The notes beneath the pieces were generated by a model. That model was not told where the DNA came from. It ran no database searches and saw only the letters and a list, made by a program, of their open reading frames with translations. This document shows positions 49,567-59,782 of a stretch of 64,000 bases of DNA, piece by piece. The position numbers and the translations under genes were made by a program. Position 1 is the stretch's first letter. Every line of letters begins with the position of its first letter. This stretch comes from an uncultured Chloroflexia bacterium (lineage in GTDB: Bacteria > Chloroflexota > Limnocylindria > Limnocylindrales > CSP1-4). The DNA lies in assembly GCA_963746405.1 (NCBI GenBank), contig CAVVAV010000002.1, positions 908,414-972,413 on the forward strand, given 5' to 3'.

Positions 49567-52500
49567 ATGACCGCCACGACCCGACCGCACGCGCCGACCC
49601 CGCCCGATCCCGATGGCGGCACGGGGCGGGTCCACGAGCTACTCAAAGTCGCCGTTGAGGAGGCGGCGCGGCTGCTCGATGCGGACGGCGCGATGGTCTA
49701 CCTGGTCGACCCGGCGACCGGCAACCTCCGGTTCGCCCACGACGCCGGGATCCGCAGCGACCGCAGTCGCGAATGGGTCCGGGGGCTGGAGCTCGCGCCG
49801 GGGACGGGGATGTTCGGTCGGGCGCTGGTCGAGCGCGCCGTCGTCGTCACCGACGACTACCAGAACGACCCGTCGTTCCGGCACGCCCCCCAGACGGACC
49901 GTGTCGTCGCCGACATCGGCATCTGCTCGATGGTCGTCGCGCCGCTCGTCGCCGGCGACCAGGTATTCGGTGCCCTGGGGACGTTCTCCACGCGCGCGAG
50001 CGCGTTCGACCAGGCCCAGATCGCGCTCGTGCGGGCGCTGGCGGATCACGCGGCCGCGGCCATGGCGAACACGCGCCTCGTCGAGGAGCTCGACCGCTCG
50101 CGCGTGGCGCTCGCGCGGCGGGCCGACGCGGAACAGGCCCTGCGCGAGATCGCTGCGCGCATCACCGCGCTGCGCGACCCGTCCGAGATCCTGCAACAGG
50201 TCGTCGAGCACGCCAGCCGGCTCGTGCACGCGGAGGGCGCGATCCTCGACATCCTCGAACCGGGCACAGGCAACCTGCGCTGGGCCTTCGACGACGGTCT
50301 GCGCCGGCTGTTCACCGAGGAAGAGCGGGCCCAGCTGTGGATCTCGGTCGGGGTCGGGGCGACCGGGACGGCGGTGGCCGAGGCTCAGGTCGTCGTCGCC
50401 GGGGACGACCTCGCCGAGCTGTTCCCGCCGAGCCCGGAATCGACCGAGTTCTACGAGCGGACCGGCTTCCGGTCCATGATCGCGGCGCCCATCACCGGCG
50501 AGGACGGTCCGCTCGGCGTCATCGAGGTCTACTCGGCCGCGCCGCATGCCTTCGATGACGAGGATGCGGGGCTCATCCGGGCACTCGCCGGCCAGGCGGC
50601 CATCGCGATCACGAACGCGCGCCTGATCGACGAGCTCGCGACCTCCAGGACCGCCCTGGCCCGGACGGCCGACGCCGAACGCACGCTCCGCGAGATCGCG
50701 ACGCGGGTCAGCGCGATGCACGACAAGGAAGAGATCCTGCAGGCGGTGGTCGAGGCGGCCAGCCGGCTGTTGCGCGGGACCGGCGCCATGATCGACCTGC
50801 TGGACATGACCGCGACGAGCGGCGACTGGACCTACCGCCAGACCGACGACGCGATCATGTCGAATACGGCGCTGCTCGACGAGGTCGACCTCGAGCCCAA
50901 CGCCGGCGTGTCGGGGACGGCCCTCGCCAGCCGCAGGGTCGAATGGACCGGCGACTACCTCGAGGACGCTCGCTTCGACCACAGCCCCGAACGGGATGCT
51001 TTCGTCCGCGCCGGTGGGATCCATTCGGTCATCGCCGCGCCGGTGCTCCAGCGTGGCGAGGTGCTGGGGGCGATCACCGTCTACTCGGACCGTCGTGACG
51101 CATTCGACGAGCAGGACGGGGCGGTCCTCGCCGGCCTCGCCGCCCAGGCCTCTGTCGCGATCGCCAACGTCCAGTTGATCGGCGAGCTGGAACGCTCGCG
51201 CGAGGAGAACGCCCAGCGGGCCGACGCGGAGCGGACATTGCGCGAGATCGCGGTCCGCGTCTCGTCGATCCTGGATCCGGCCACCGTGCTGACCCGCATC
51301 GTCGCGGAGTCGGCCCGGCTGCTCGGGTCGGACGGCGCCCGGATCGACCTCTGGGATGAGGACCTCGGCGCCCTGCGCTGGGCGTATTCCGCGGGCGAGG
51401 CGATGGCCGATGTCCCGGATTGGGGCCGGACTGGCGGACTGAAGCCGCGCCAGGCGGTGGCCGGCCTGGCCTACGCCGAGCAGCGGCCGATCATGACCGA
51501 GGATTTCCTCCAGGACGAACGATTCGAGACCACGCCCGAGATCGAGGCGTTCGTCCGCAAGGCCGGCATCCGCGCCGTCATCTCGGCACCGCTGACCGGC
51601 GAGGGCGACGCGCCCCTCGGCGTGCTCTCGGTCGTCTCACGCGAGCCGGGCGCCTACACCGACACGGAGCTCGAGGTGCTGACCGCCCTCGCGACCCACG
51701 CGTCGATCGCGATCACCAACGCCAACCTCATGGAGCAGCTCGCTCGCTCGCGGGAGGACATCGAACGGCGGGCCGACGCCGAGGCCAGCCTTCGCCAGAT
51801 CGCGGCCCGGATCACGGCCCTGCGCGAGCCCGACGAGGTGCTCCAGCACGTCGTCGACGAGGCGCGGCGGCTGCTGCGCGCCGACGGCGCGCTCATCGAC
51901 CAGTACGACGTCGAGAGTGGGACCCTCCAGTGGGCCTACGACGCCGGGCTGGAGGGCGACCAGCGTGAGGCGGTCAAGATGACCAACCTGCGGCTTGGTG
52001 AGGGCGTGTCGGGCAAGGCCGTGGCGGAGGAGCGGGTCATCCACGTCGGGGACTACCTATCGGCCGAGTTCCGGCACGACGCGCTGGCGGACTCACTGGT
52101 CGAGCGGGCAGGGGTCCGCGACCTGATCGCCGCACCGATCATCGGCGAATCGGGCCCGCTCGGGGCCATCGAGGTCATGAGCCGGCGACCCCACGCGTTC
52201 GACGAGTTCGACGCGACGGTGCTCGGCGGCCTGGCCGAGCAGGCCGCCATCGCGATCACGAACGCCCGCCTGATCGACGAGCTGGAACGCTCGCGCCTGG
52301 CCCTCGCGCGACGGGCCGAGACCGAACGCTCCCTGCGCGACATCACCGCCCGGATCGCGGCACTGACCGACCCGGACGAGGTGCTGTCGCGCGTCGTCGA
52401 GGACGCGAAGCGGCTCCTGGCCACGGACGGCGCGCACCTGACCCGGATGGGCCCGACCGGCACGTATCTCGTCCCGGTCGTCGTCGCCGGGACCGGCGAT

Positions 52501-55071
52501 GACGTCGCCAGCCACGACTGGCTGTTGGGCAAGCAGTTCCCGCTTGGCGCGGGGATCAACGGCCTCGCGGCACAGGAGCGTGCCGCGGTCTGGACGTTCG
52601 ACTACCTCGTCGATCCCCGCATCCCGCACGAGCCGGACGACCAGGCGGTCGCTGACCGGCTCGGGTTGCGTGGCATGGCGGCCGCCCCGCTGCGAGCGCC
52701 CGGTGGCGAGGTCATCGGCACGCTGGCCATCTCCAGCGCCGAGCCGCGCATCTTCGAGGCGGACGACCTGGACCTCCTGCAGGGGCTCGCCGACCAGGCC
52801 GCCATCGCGCTGACCAACTCGCGCCTCCTCTCGCGGGTGACCCGCGAGGAGGCCCGCTTCCGCGGCCTCGTGCAGACCACCCCGGACGTCATCTGGCGTG
52901 CCGACGCGGATGGGGTGTTCACGTTCATGGCCGACACCGGCGAGGCGTTGTTCGGATGGCCGATCGCCGACATCATCGGCAAGCAGTTCGGGTTCCTGAC
53001 GGACCCGGGATCCATGCCACTGGCCCTCGAGAAGTTCCAGGGCGTGGGCGCGGACCCGGATCTCGTCGAGCGGGTACCCCTCCTCCTGGTCCGGCGCGAC
53101 GGCTCGACGTTCGCCGCCGAGGTCACCACGACCGGCGTCTTCGAGGACGGGGCGTGGGTCGGGGCGCAGGGGACCGTCCGCGACGTCAGTGAGCGCGAAC
53201 GTCTCGAGCTGGAGCTGCGCCTGTCGGAGGAGCGTTACCGGTTCCTCGTGCAGAACGCGCCCGACCTCGTCTGGTCGATCGGCCCGGACGCGCGCATCAC
53301 GTTCCTGTCGGACGCCGTGGAGCGGTTGACGGGGTTCCATCCCGACGAGCTGATCGGCCAGCACTTCGGGGCGATCGTCCATGCGTCCTCGCGCGACGTC
53401 GCCGAGATCGACTGGACGGCCGCCATGAACGCGCCCTCGCAGGAAGTGCGAGGGCGAATCAACCTCCAGCATCGCGACGGGTCGGCGGTCCCGGCCGAGT
53501 TCATCGCCGTGGCGACGCTCGGTGACGACGGCATGTTCGCTGGCGCGAACGGCTCGGTCCGCGACATGCGCGAACGCGAACGGCTCGAGCGCGAGCTGCG
53601 CGCATCGGAGGACCGTTACCGGACCCTGGCCTCCTCGTCCCCGGACCTCGTCTTCGCCACGGACGCCGAGGGCCGTTACACGTTCCTGTCGGACCGGGCG
53701 CAGACAGTCCTCGGGTGGGACCGTGACGCCTCGCTTGGCCGCTCCTTCATGGACTTCGTGGCGCCCGGATTCGAGGACGCCGCCGGGGCGAGTTACGCGG
53801 CGGTCGTGGCGGACCCTGAGCGTGTCCATTCGAGCCGGATGGACTTCCTCGATGGGTCCGGCCAGCCGATCCAGCTCGAGATCAACGTCGTCGGCAAGGT
53901 CGAGGATGGCCAGCTGGTCGGCATCAATGGCGTCGCCCGCGACGTGTCCGAACGGGAACGCCTCGAACGCGAGCTGATGCGCTCCGAGGAGCGCTACCGC
54001 TTCCTCGTCCAGAACTCACCGGACGTCGTCTTCTCGACCGACGCCGCGGGCGCCTTCACGTTCATCTCGGTGGCGATCGAGCGCCTCACCGGGATCCCCG
54101 CGAGCGAGCTCATCGGCAAACATTTCGGGACGATCGTCGAATTGGAGGACATCCAGGTGGCGGGCGGCCGCTGGGAGACCCTCTCGACCGAGCCGGACCA
54201 GGAGGTCCAGGCTGCGCAGGTCCTGGGTGGTCGCGATGGTCGCCGGACCCCGGTCGACGTCCGCGCGGTCGGGGTCTGGGTGGATGGCGAGTTCGCGGGC
54301 ATGCAGGGCGCCGCCCGCGATGTGAGCGACCAGGTCCGTCTCGAGCGCGAGCTGCGGCGCCAGGCGGGCGAACTGGCGGCCGGCGAGGAGCGGGCCCACC
54401 TCGCCCGCGAGCTGCACGACTCGGTCACCCAGGCGCTATTCTCCATGACGCTCGTGGCGCGCTCGGTCGAGATGCTGTTGGAGTCGGACCCGGACGCCGC
54501 ACGGACCCACCTCACGCAGCTTCGCGAGCTCCAGCGCGAGGCGCTCGCCGAGATGCGGGCGCTCATCTTCGAGTTGCGTCCCGGCAACCTCGAGCAGGAC
54601 GGCCTCGTGCGCGCGGTGAAGACCCACAGCGCCGCCCTGCAGGGCCGACTGGGCCTGCCCGTCGTGGTGGAGAGTGACCTCGCCGACCGCTTGCCGCTGG
54701 CCGCGGAAGAGGTCCTCTATCGGATCGCCCAGGAGGCGCTCCATAACGTCGTGAAGCATGCCGCCGCCCGGCAAGTCCGGGTCGACATCCGGCAGCATGA
54801 GGGCGGCGTCCGCTTGCGCGTCGAGGACGACGGCAAGGGGTTCGACCCGGCGAGCGTGCCGGACGGACACCTCGGGCTGGCCGGGATGCGGGCGCGTGCC
54901 GACCGGGTCGGCGCCACCTTCGTGTGCCAGAGCCGACCGGCGGCCGGGACCTCCATCGAGGTCACGCTCGGGCCCCTCGCGCTCGACGAGTTGCGGGCTG
55001 CCGCGGCGGCGGGCGATGCCGCGGCGCGGGCGGCGACCCCGTTGGAGACGCCGTCGATCCGCGACGGATGA
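49567..55071 (+). CDS. multi-GAF / multi-PAS sensor histidine kinase (HisKA_3 + HATPase_c)
   Basis: 1834 aa. About six GAF modules are separated by a recurring linker (ELxRSRxALARRADAExxLRxIAxRI). Four PAS modules follow (RYRFLVQNxPD...). Then comes an HisKA_3 H-box (EERAHLARELHDSVTQ) and an ATPase domain. Confidence 0.8.
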   Translation: MTATTRPHAPTPPDPDGGTGRVHELLKVAVEEAARLLDADGAMVYLVDPATGNLRFAHDAGIRSDRSREWVRGLELAPGTGMFGRALVERAVVVTDDYQNDPSFRHAPQTDRVVADIGICSMVVAPLVAGDQVFGALGTFSTRASAFDQAQIALVRALADHAAAAMANTRLVEELDRSRVALARRADAEQALREIAARITALRDPSEILQQVVEHASRLVHAEGAILDILEPGTGNLRWAFDDGLRRLFTEEERAQLWISVGVGATGTAVAEAQVVVAGDDLAELFPPSPESTEFYERTGFRSMIAAPITGEDGPLGVIEVYSAAPHAFDDEDAGLIRALAGQAAIAITNARLIDELATSRTALARTADAERTLREIATRVSAMHDKEEILQAVVEAASRLLRGTGAMIDLLDMTATSGDWTYRQTDDAIMSNTALLDEVDLEPNAGVSGTALASRRVEWTGDYLEDARFDHSPERDAFVRAGGIHSVIAAPVLQRGEVLGAITVYSDRRDAFDEQDGAVLAGLAAQASVAIANVQLIGELERSREENAQRADAERTLREIAVRVSSILDPATVLTRIVAESARLLGSDGARIDLWDEDLGALRWAYSAGEAMADVPDWGRTGGLKPRQAVAGLAYAEQRPIMTEDFLQDERFETTPEIEAFVRKAGIRAVISAPLTGEGDAPLGVLSVVSREPGAYTDTELEVLTALATHASIAITNANLMEQLARSREDIERRADAEASLRQIAARITALREPDEVLQHVVDEARRLLRADGALIDQYDVESGTLQWAYDAGLEGDQREAVKMTNLRLGEGVSGKAVAEERVIHVGDYLSAEFRHDALADSLVERAGVRDLIAAPIIGESGPLGAIEVMSRRPHAFDEFDATVLGGLAEQAAIAITNARLIDELERSRLALARRAETERSLRDITARIAALTDPDEVLSRVVEDAKRLLATDGAHLTRMGPTGTYLVPVVVAGTGDDVASHDWLLGKQFPLGAGINGLAAQERAAVWTFDYLVDPRIPHEPDDQAVADRLGLRGMAAAPLRAPGGEVIGTLAISSAEPRIFEADDLDLLQGLADQAAIALTNSRLLSRVTREEARFRGLVQTTPDVIWRADADGVFTFMADTGEALFGWPIADIIGKQFGFLTDPGSMPLALEKFQGVGADPDLVERVPLLLVRRDGSTFAAEVTTTGVFEDGAWVGAQGTVRDVSERERLELELRLSEERYRFLVQNAPDLVWSIGPDARITFLSDAVERLTGFHPDELIGQHFGAIVHASSRDVAEIDWTAAMNAPSQEVRGRINLQHRDGSAVPAEFIAVATLGDDGMFAGANGSVRDMRERERLERELRASEDRYRTLASSSPDLVFATDAEGRYTFLSDRAQTVLGWDRDASLGRSFMDFVAPGFEDAAGASYAAVVADPERVHSSRMDFLDGSGQPIQLEINVVGKVEDGQLVGINGVARDVSERERLERELMRSEERYRFLVQNSPDVVFSTDAAGAFTFISVAIERLTGIPASELIGKHFGTIVELEDIQVAGGRWETLSTEPDQEVQAAQVLGGRDGRRTPVDVRAVGVWVDGEFAGMQGAARDVSDQVRLERELRRQAGELAAGEERAHLARELHDSVTQALFSMTLVARSVEMLLESDPDAARTHLTQLRELQREALAEMRALIFELRPGNLEQDGLVRAVKTHSAALQGRLGLPVVVESDLADRLPLAAEEVLYRIAQEALHNVVKHAAARQVRVDIRQHEGGVRLRVEDDGKGFDPASVPDGHLGLAGMRARADRVGATFVCQSRPAAGTSIEVTLGPLALDELRAAAAAGDAAARAATPLETPSIRDG

Positions 55072-55156
55072 CGTAGCGAGGGTCGGTCGTTCGGCCGGTC
55101 CACCCTCGGTCGAAGGTCCCTTTCGTCTCGCCCGGTTCGGGCCGCATCCTGCCCAT

Positions 55157-55555
55157 ATGCCCCAAACATCAGCCCGGACCGACGGGCCCCTCCGCATCCT
55201 GATCGTCGATGCCGACGACCGGGTGCGCGAGAGCCTGACCGGGCTGCTGGCCATCGGCGAGCGGGTGCTCGTCGTCGGTACGGCGGGGGGGGCCGAAGCC
55301 GCACTCGCCCTCGCCACCGAACATCGACCCGACGTCATCGTCCTGGACCCGCGACTGCCTGAGGTCGACGGCGGCCTGGCGTTCATCACCCGCGTCGGTG
55401 CCTGCTGTCCCGACGTCCGGATCCTGGCGATGAGCTGGTCGGACGCCCTGGAACGCCCGGCGTTGGAGGGCGGAGCCCACGGCTTCGTGCGCAAGACCTT
55501 CCGACCCGGCGACCTGATCGCCGCGATCGTCGCGACGGCCCGACCCGCTGCCTGA
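55157..55555 (+). CDS. stand-alone response regulator receiver domain protein
   Basis: REC motifs LIVDAD..R, VIVLDPRLPEVDG and ILAMS. No output domain. Confidence 0.65.
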   Translation: MPQTSARTDGPLRILIVDADDRVRESLTGLLAIGERVLVVGTAGGAEAALALATEHRPDVIVLDPRLPEVDGGLAFITRVGACCPDVRILAMSWSDALERPALEGGAHGFVRKTFRPGDLIAAIVATARPAA

Positions 55556-55633
55556 GCGGCCCGCTTTGCTAGACTCGACGACGCCTCCCACGACTTCCCG
55601 ACCACCCATGGCGCGAACGCGCCAGGAGTTGAC

Positions 55634-56299
55634 GTGAACGAGACAGCCCCGATCCGCGTGCTCATCGTTGACGACCACTCCGTCGTGCGGACCGGTCTGA
55701 AGGTGTTCCTCGACCTGCAGTCCGACATGGAGGTCGTGGGCGAGGCCGCCGACGGGTCCGAGGGCGTCGCGATGGCGCGCCGCCTCGAGCCCGATGTGGT
55801 GCTCATGGACCTGCTCATGCCGAACATGGACGGCGTCACGGCGATCGGCCGGATCAAAGCCGAGCTGCCCGAGATCGAGATCGTCACGATGACCTCGTTC
55901 ATCGAGGAGGAGAAGGTGACGTCGGCCCTCGAGGCCGGGGCGTCGGGCTACGTGCTCAAGGACGCCGACGCGGAGGAGGTGGCGGCCGCCGTCCGTGCCG
56001 CGTACGCCGGCGAGGTCCACCTCGACCCGGCGGTCGCCCGTCTGCTGGCCCAGCGCATGCGCGACCGCAAGTCGCCCAAGGACGAGCTGGCCGAGCCGCT
56101 GACCGAACGCGAGAAGGACGTGCTCCGCCTGCTGGGGCAGGGGATGAGCAACAAGGAGATCGGGGCCACGCTCTTCATCACGGAACGAACCGCCCGGACG
56201 TACGTCTCGAACATCCTGGGCAAGCTCGGGCTGGCGTCGCGGACCCAGGCCGCGCTCTATGCGGTGGAGCACAAGCTGGTCGACGCCACCGGCGGCTGA
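55634..56299 (+). CDS. NarL/FixJ (LuxR-type HTH) two-component response regulator
   Basis: REC domain (VLIVDDH, VLMDLLMPNMDG) and LuxR HTH (LTEREKDVLRLLGQGMSNKEIG). Confidence 0.8.
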   Translation: MNETAPIRVLIVDDHSVVRTGLKVFLDLQSDMEVVGEAADGSEGVAMARRLEPDVVLMDLLMPNMDGVTAIGRIKAELPEIEIVTMTSFIEEEKVTSALEAGASGYVLKDADAEEVAAAVRAAYAGEVHLDPAVARLLAQRMRDRKSPKDELAEPLTEREKDVLRLLGQGMSNKEIGATLFITERTARTYVSNILGKLGLASRTQAALYAVEHKLVDATGG

Positions 56300-56322
56300 C
56301 CCGACCGCGACCCAGTCCGTCG

Positions 56323-56766
56323 TTAGTCGACCGACATCACCCGGTAGGTCACTGCACCGCGCGGCGTCGTGACCGCGACCTCGTCGCCCGCAACGGCTCC
56401 GAGCAACGCACGACCGACCGGCGACGCGACGGACAGGCGTCCCGAGGAGGGATCCGCCTCGGCCGTGCCCACGAGCGTATAGGTGTCGGTCGTGCCGTCG
56501 ACGGCCACCACGATCCGCGATCCCAGGTCGGCACCCGCACCCGCCTTGGGGACGACGGCGATGACCGCGTCACGTAGCCGCGCCTCGAGCGCCTGGACAC
56601 GGCCCTCGAGGAACGACTGCTCCTCCCGAGCGGAGCTGTAGTCGGCATTCTCCTTGAGGTCGCCGAGCTCCTTGGCGGCACGGATCCGGCCGATGACCTC
56701 AGGGCGGCGCACCCCGGTCAACTCGGCCAGCTCGGCCCGCAGGCGTTCGGCGCCCTCGGCCGTCAA
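56323..56766 (-). CDS. greA: transcription elongation factor GreA (minimal call; the ORF stays open upstream to 57594)
   Basis: GreA coiled-coil N-terminus (LTAEGAERLRAELAELTG..DLKENADY) and C-terminal FKBP-like domain. The putative TTG at 56766 is preceded by an in-frame open sequence. See finding. Confidence 0.65.
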   Translation of the reverse strand: MTAEGAERLRAELAELTGVRRPEVIGRIRAAKELGDLKENADYSSAREEQSFLEGRVQALEARLRDAVIAVVPKAGAGADLGSRIVVAVDGTTDTYTLVGTAEADPSSGRLSVASPVGRALLGAVAGDEVAVTTPRGAVTYRVMSVD

Positions 56767-57640
56767 CGTCGCGGCGGGGCCGCCGAGGGTGGCCGTCGGT
56801 GGCGCCGTCGCTCGTCGCGCCGACCCCGGCGCAGGGCTGCCTCCACCACCGGCGAGCGAGGACGTCGGGGAAGGGGAGGACGATGTCGTCCGGGCCGTGC
56901 GCCGCCGCGGGACGGGCGGTTCGCCTCGGGCGCCATCGGCATCGCCGTCGGGGATGTCGACCACGCGCGTCGGCGGCGGGGCGGGCTCGACGGCATCGGC
57001 CAGGAGGGTGCCGGTCAGCCCGGTCGCCTTGCGCTCCCCGGTCGGGCGTCGCAGGTTGGCGAAGGGGAGGACCACGACGGGGTCGCGGAGCCCAGCACGG
57101 TCGGCCTCGGGCACGGCGGCCGCAAAGGCGGCCAGGAGGGCGTCCTCGTATTCCTCCACGGCCTCGGTCGCGGTCCACCACACACGCGTCGAGGGCAACG
57201 TCCGCAGGGTCATCAGCCAGTGCCCGCCGGACTGCGGGCGTCGGTCTCCGAGCGTCGTCCGGCCCATGGCGGCGAGCCGGCCGCTGATCGTCGCCTCGGT
57301 CGCGCCGATGTACAGGACGGTCTGGGACGGTAGCCAGAAGGCCCCGATCCGCGCGGCCAGCGCGCGCGATGTGGGCCGGGCGCCGTCCAGCAGCAGCCCC
57401 GGGACATGCTCGAGCCACTTGCCCACCCGGGTCAGCTCGATCGGTGCGGTCGGCGCGGGCTCCGGGAGCTCCACCACGAACACGCCCGGGGACCGCCCGG
57501 GGATCGGGCGCCCCCACGGCAGCGGCCCGTCCGGCAGGAGCCCGACCTCGCGCAGGAGACCCGGGGCGGAGAGCGGCGTAGCGGTGTCGCGCATCCGGGG
57601 GATGGTACCCGGGACGGACTCGGGGTACCGTGCACTGCGC

Positions 57641-59038
57641 ATGGCCACTGTTCGGCCGCGTCGGACGCGGGTCCGGCAGGCCCTCCTGATCCTCGCCTGC
57701 GTCGTCGCCACGAGCATCGGTTCGGTGGCGCTCGGGCCGCTGGTCGGTGCGCCGCGGATCGCTGACCCGATCGCCGCGGCGCGGCCGACCGACACCCCGG
57801 AGCCGATCGTCGAGGAAGGGATCGAAGGGGTCGGGACCGGTCTCGGGCCGGCGAGCCCGGCGCCCGCCAGTCCGCTGCCGGCGCCCCCGGTCGTGGTGCG
57901 CCCGTTGGTCGCCACGATCGCCGTGCGACCGGCGCAGCGAGGCGGCCTCACCGCGACGGCTGCGACTCGCAGCTCGCTGCAGGCACGCCTCGACCGACTC
58001 CGCGAGCGGTATGGCGTGCCGGGCATCGCGGTGACGATCCTGTTCCCCGACGGGAGCTCGTGGGTCGGGGTCAGCGGCGTCGCCGACGTGGCGGCCAAGA
58101 CCCCGGTGACCACATCGACGTCCTTCGCGATCGCCAGTGTCAGCAAGACGTTCACGGCGGCGCTCGTGCTTGCGCTCGCGCAGGAGGGAGCCATCGAGCT
58201 GGACGAGCCGGTCCGCACGTACCTGCCGGACCTGCGCGTCAACGCCCGGATCACGGTACGCCAGCTCCTCGACCACACGAGCGGGCTGCGTGACTACTTC
58301 TTCCATCCTGCGATCGACCGCAAGCTGCTGAGCGAACCCGGGCGGCGCTGGAGCACGGCCGACGCGCTCAAGCATGTCGGGAAGGCCTACTTCAAGCCCG
58401 GGACGGGCTGGCACTACTCGAACACGAACTACCTCGTCCTTGGGATGCTCGCCGAGCGCGTCGGGGAGGCGCCGCTTGCCCAGCAGATCCGGGATCGATT
58501 CCTGGGGCCGCTCGGGCTGCGCCACACCTGGTACCAGCCCACCGAGGATGCGCCCGCCGACCGCGCCCGGGGCTACCGCTTTGCGTCTGCGGGGAAGAAC
58601 GCGCCGGCCATCGACCTCTCGGACGGCAGCCCCTTCATGCCGTTCACGTCCGTCGTCACGGCCGCCGCGGCTGCTGGCGGGCTCGCCTCCAACTCGACCG
58701 ACCTCGCCCGTTGGGTCCGCGCCCTGTATGCCGGTGTGGTGCTGGCCCCGGAGTCGGTCGATGCGATGCTCGGGGACATCAGCCGTACCGAGCCGTACAA
58801 GCCACGGGTGCCCTACGGGCTCGGGGTCCAGCGCCTCGAGATCGACGGCGCGCCCTCGCTCGGTCATTCAGGACGGCTGCTCGGGTTCCGCTCGGCGGTG
58901 CGCTGGCTGCCCGACGAGGACATCGCGATCGCGGTCCTGACCAACCAGAGCCGGACCGACCCGGGCATCTTCGTCCGGGCCCTGCTCAAGACCGCGCGCG
59001 CCCAGGCGGCGTGCGTGCATTGCACGAGCCAGCGCTGA
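57641..59038 (+). CDS. serine hydrolase (beta-lactamase / D-Ala-D-Ala carboxypeptidase family)
   Basis: Motifs SVSKTF (SxxK), YSNTNY and HSG. N-terminal TM/signal segment. Confidence 0.7.
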   Translation: MATVRPRRTRVRQALLILACVVATSIGSVALGPLVGAPRIADPIAAARPTDTPEPIVEEGIEGVGTGLGPASPAPASPLPAPPVVVRPLVATIAVRPAQRGGLTATAATRSSLQARLDRLRERYGVPGIAVTILFPDGSSWVGVSGVADVAAKTPVTTSTSFAIASVSKTFTAALVLALAQEGAIELDEPVRTYLPDLRVNARITVRQLLDHTSGLRDYFFHPAIDRKLLSEPGRRWSTADALKHVGKAYFKPGTGWHYSNTNYLVLGMLAERVGEAPLAQQIRDRFLGPLGLRHTWYQPTEDAPADRARGYRFASAGKNAPAIDLSDGSPFMPFTSVVTAAAAAGGLASNSTDLARWVRALYAGVVLAPESVDAMLGDISRTEPYKPRVPYGLGVQRLEIDGAPSLGHSGRLLGFRSAVRWLPDEDIAIAVLTNQSRTDPGIFVRALLKTARAQAACVHCTSQR

Positions 59039-59155
59039 CGCGCCCCAGGATGGGCCCTGGGACCATCGCACCAGCGGGCGACGGTACACATGGCTGTTGA
59101 CCTCTGACACGGAGTGGCGCAGCCTGTCGCCACGCTCGCGGGGGCAGGTTTGTCC

Positions 59156-59737
59156 ATGCACGTTGACGCATATACGGTCGGGGGGAAGGCAACCGGCATC
59201 CTCACGCGCCCAGGACACCTGCGCGAGACCCTGGAGCAGACCGGTGAGCTGGCCCTCCACGAGGTCCGCTGGCAACCACTCGGCTCGTTCCAGGCAGGCC
59301 CGGCCGCCGACCTCACGATCGCCATCGACGACGTCCTGGTGGCCGTCGCCGACGGCGAGTCCGCGATCCCGGTCCACGCCAGCTGGCACGCCCTCCGGAT
59401 CGAAGTCGGGCCCTACGTGGTCGAGGGCGAGCTGCCCACGCTCCCCGGCTACGACCCGGACCGGGCACTGGCCCGTCCGAACGGCGAGTTCGTCCTCCTG
59501 CGCGACCCCCGCCTCGGGCTGCTGGAGGGGACCCTCGCCACGATCGGCACGGAGGCCCTCGTGAATCGCTACGCGGTCGAGCGGGTCGAGGCCGACATCA
59601 TGCTCGGCTTCTTCTTCCCGGGTGCCACGATGCCCGACGCCGCGGAGACCGATGCGCTGGAGCGGCAGCCACCGCCCGTGTCCGATCCAGAGCCCGTCGC
59701 CGTGCCGATGACCGAGCCCGAGACGAGCGCAACCTAG
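59156..59737 (+). CDS. hypothetical protein
   Basis: ORF 59114..59737 with no recognisable domain. ATG 59156 (MHVDAYTVGG) is an alternative start to 59114. Confidence 0.4.
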   Translation: MHVDAYTVGGKATGILTRPGHLRETLEQTGELALHEVRWQPLGSFQAGPAADLTIAIDDVLVAVADGESAIPVHASWHALRIEVGPYVVEGELPTLPGYDPDRALARPNGEFVLLRDPRLGLLEGTLATIGTEALVNRYAVERVEADIMLGFFFPGATMPDAAETDALERQPPPVSDPEPVAVPMTEPETSAT

Positions 59738-59742
59738 AACGC

Positions 59743-59782
59743 GTCGTCTATCGGGCGCCCCGGTCGTCTATCGGGCGCCCCG
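59743..59782. repeat. perfect 20-bp tandem duplication (GTCGTCTATCGGGCGCCCCG) x2
   Basis: Seen directly. It lies in the 30-nt gap between convergent genes. The second copy contains the helicase stop codon (CTA 59768..59770). Confidence 0.9.

Noticed and set aside
56323-58278. 651-aa ORF as one protein
   Set aside because: Its N-terminal ~210 aa overlap the plus-strand serine hydrolase (SxxK, YxN, HxG motifs) and are low-complexity. Only the region from about 57594 downward is plausibly coding.
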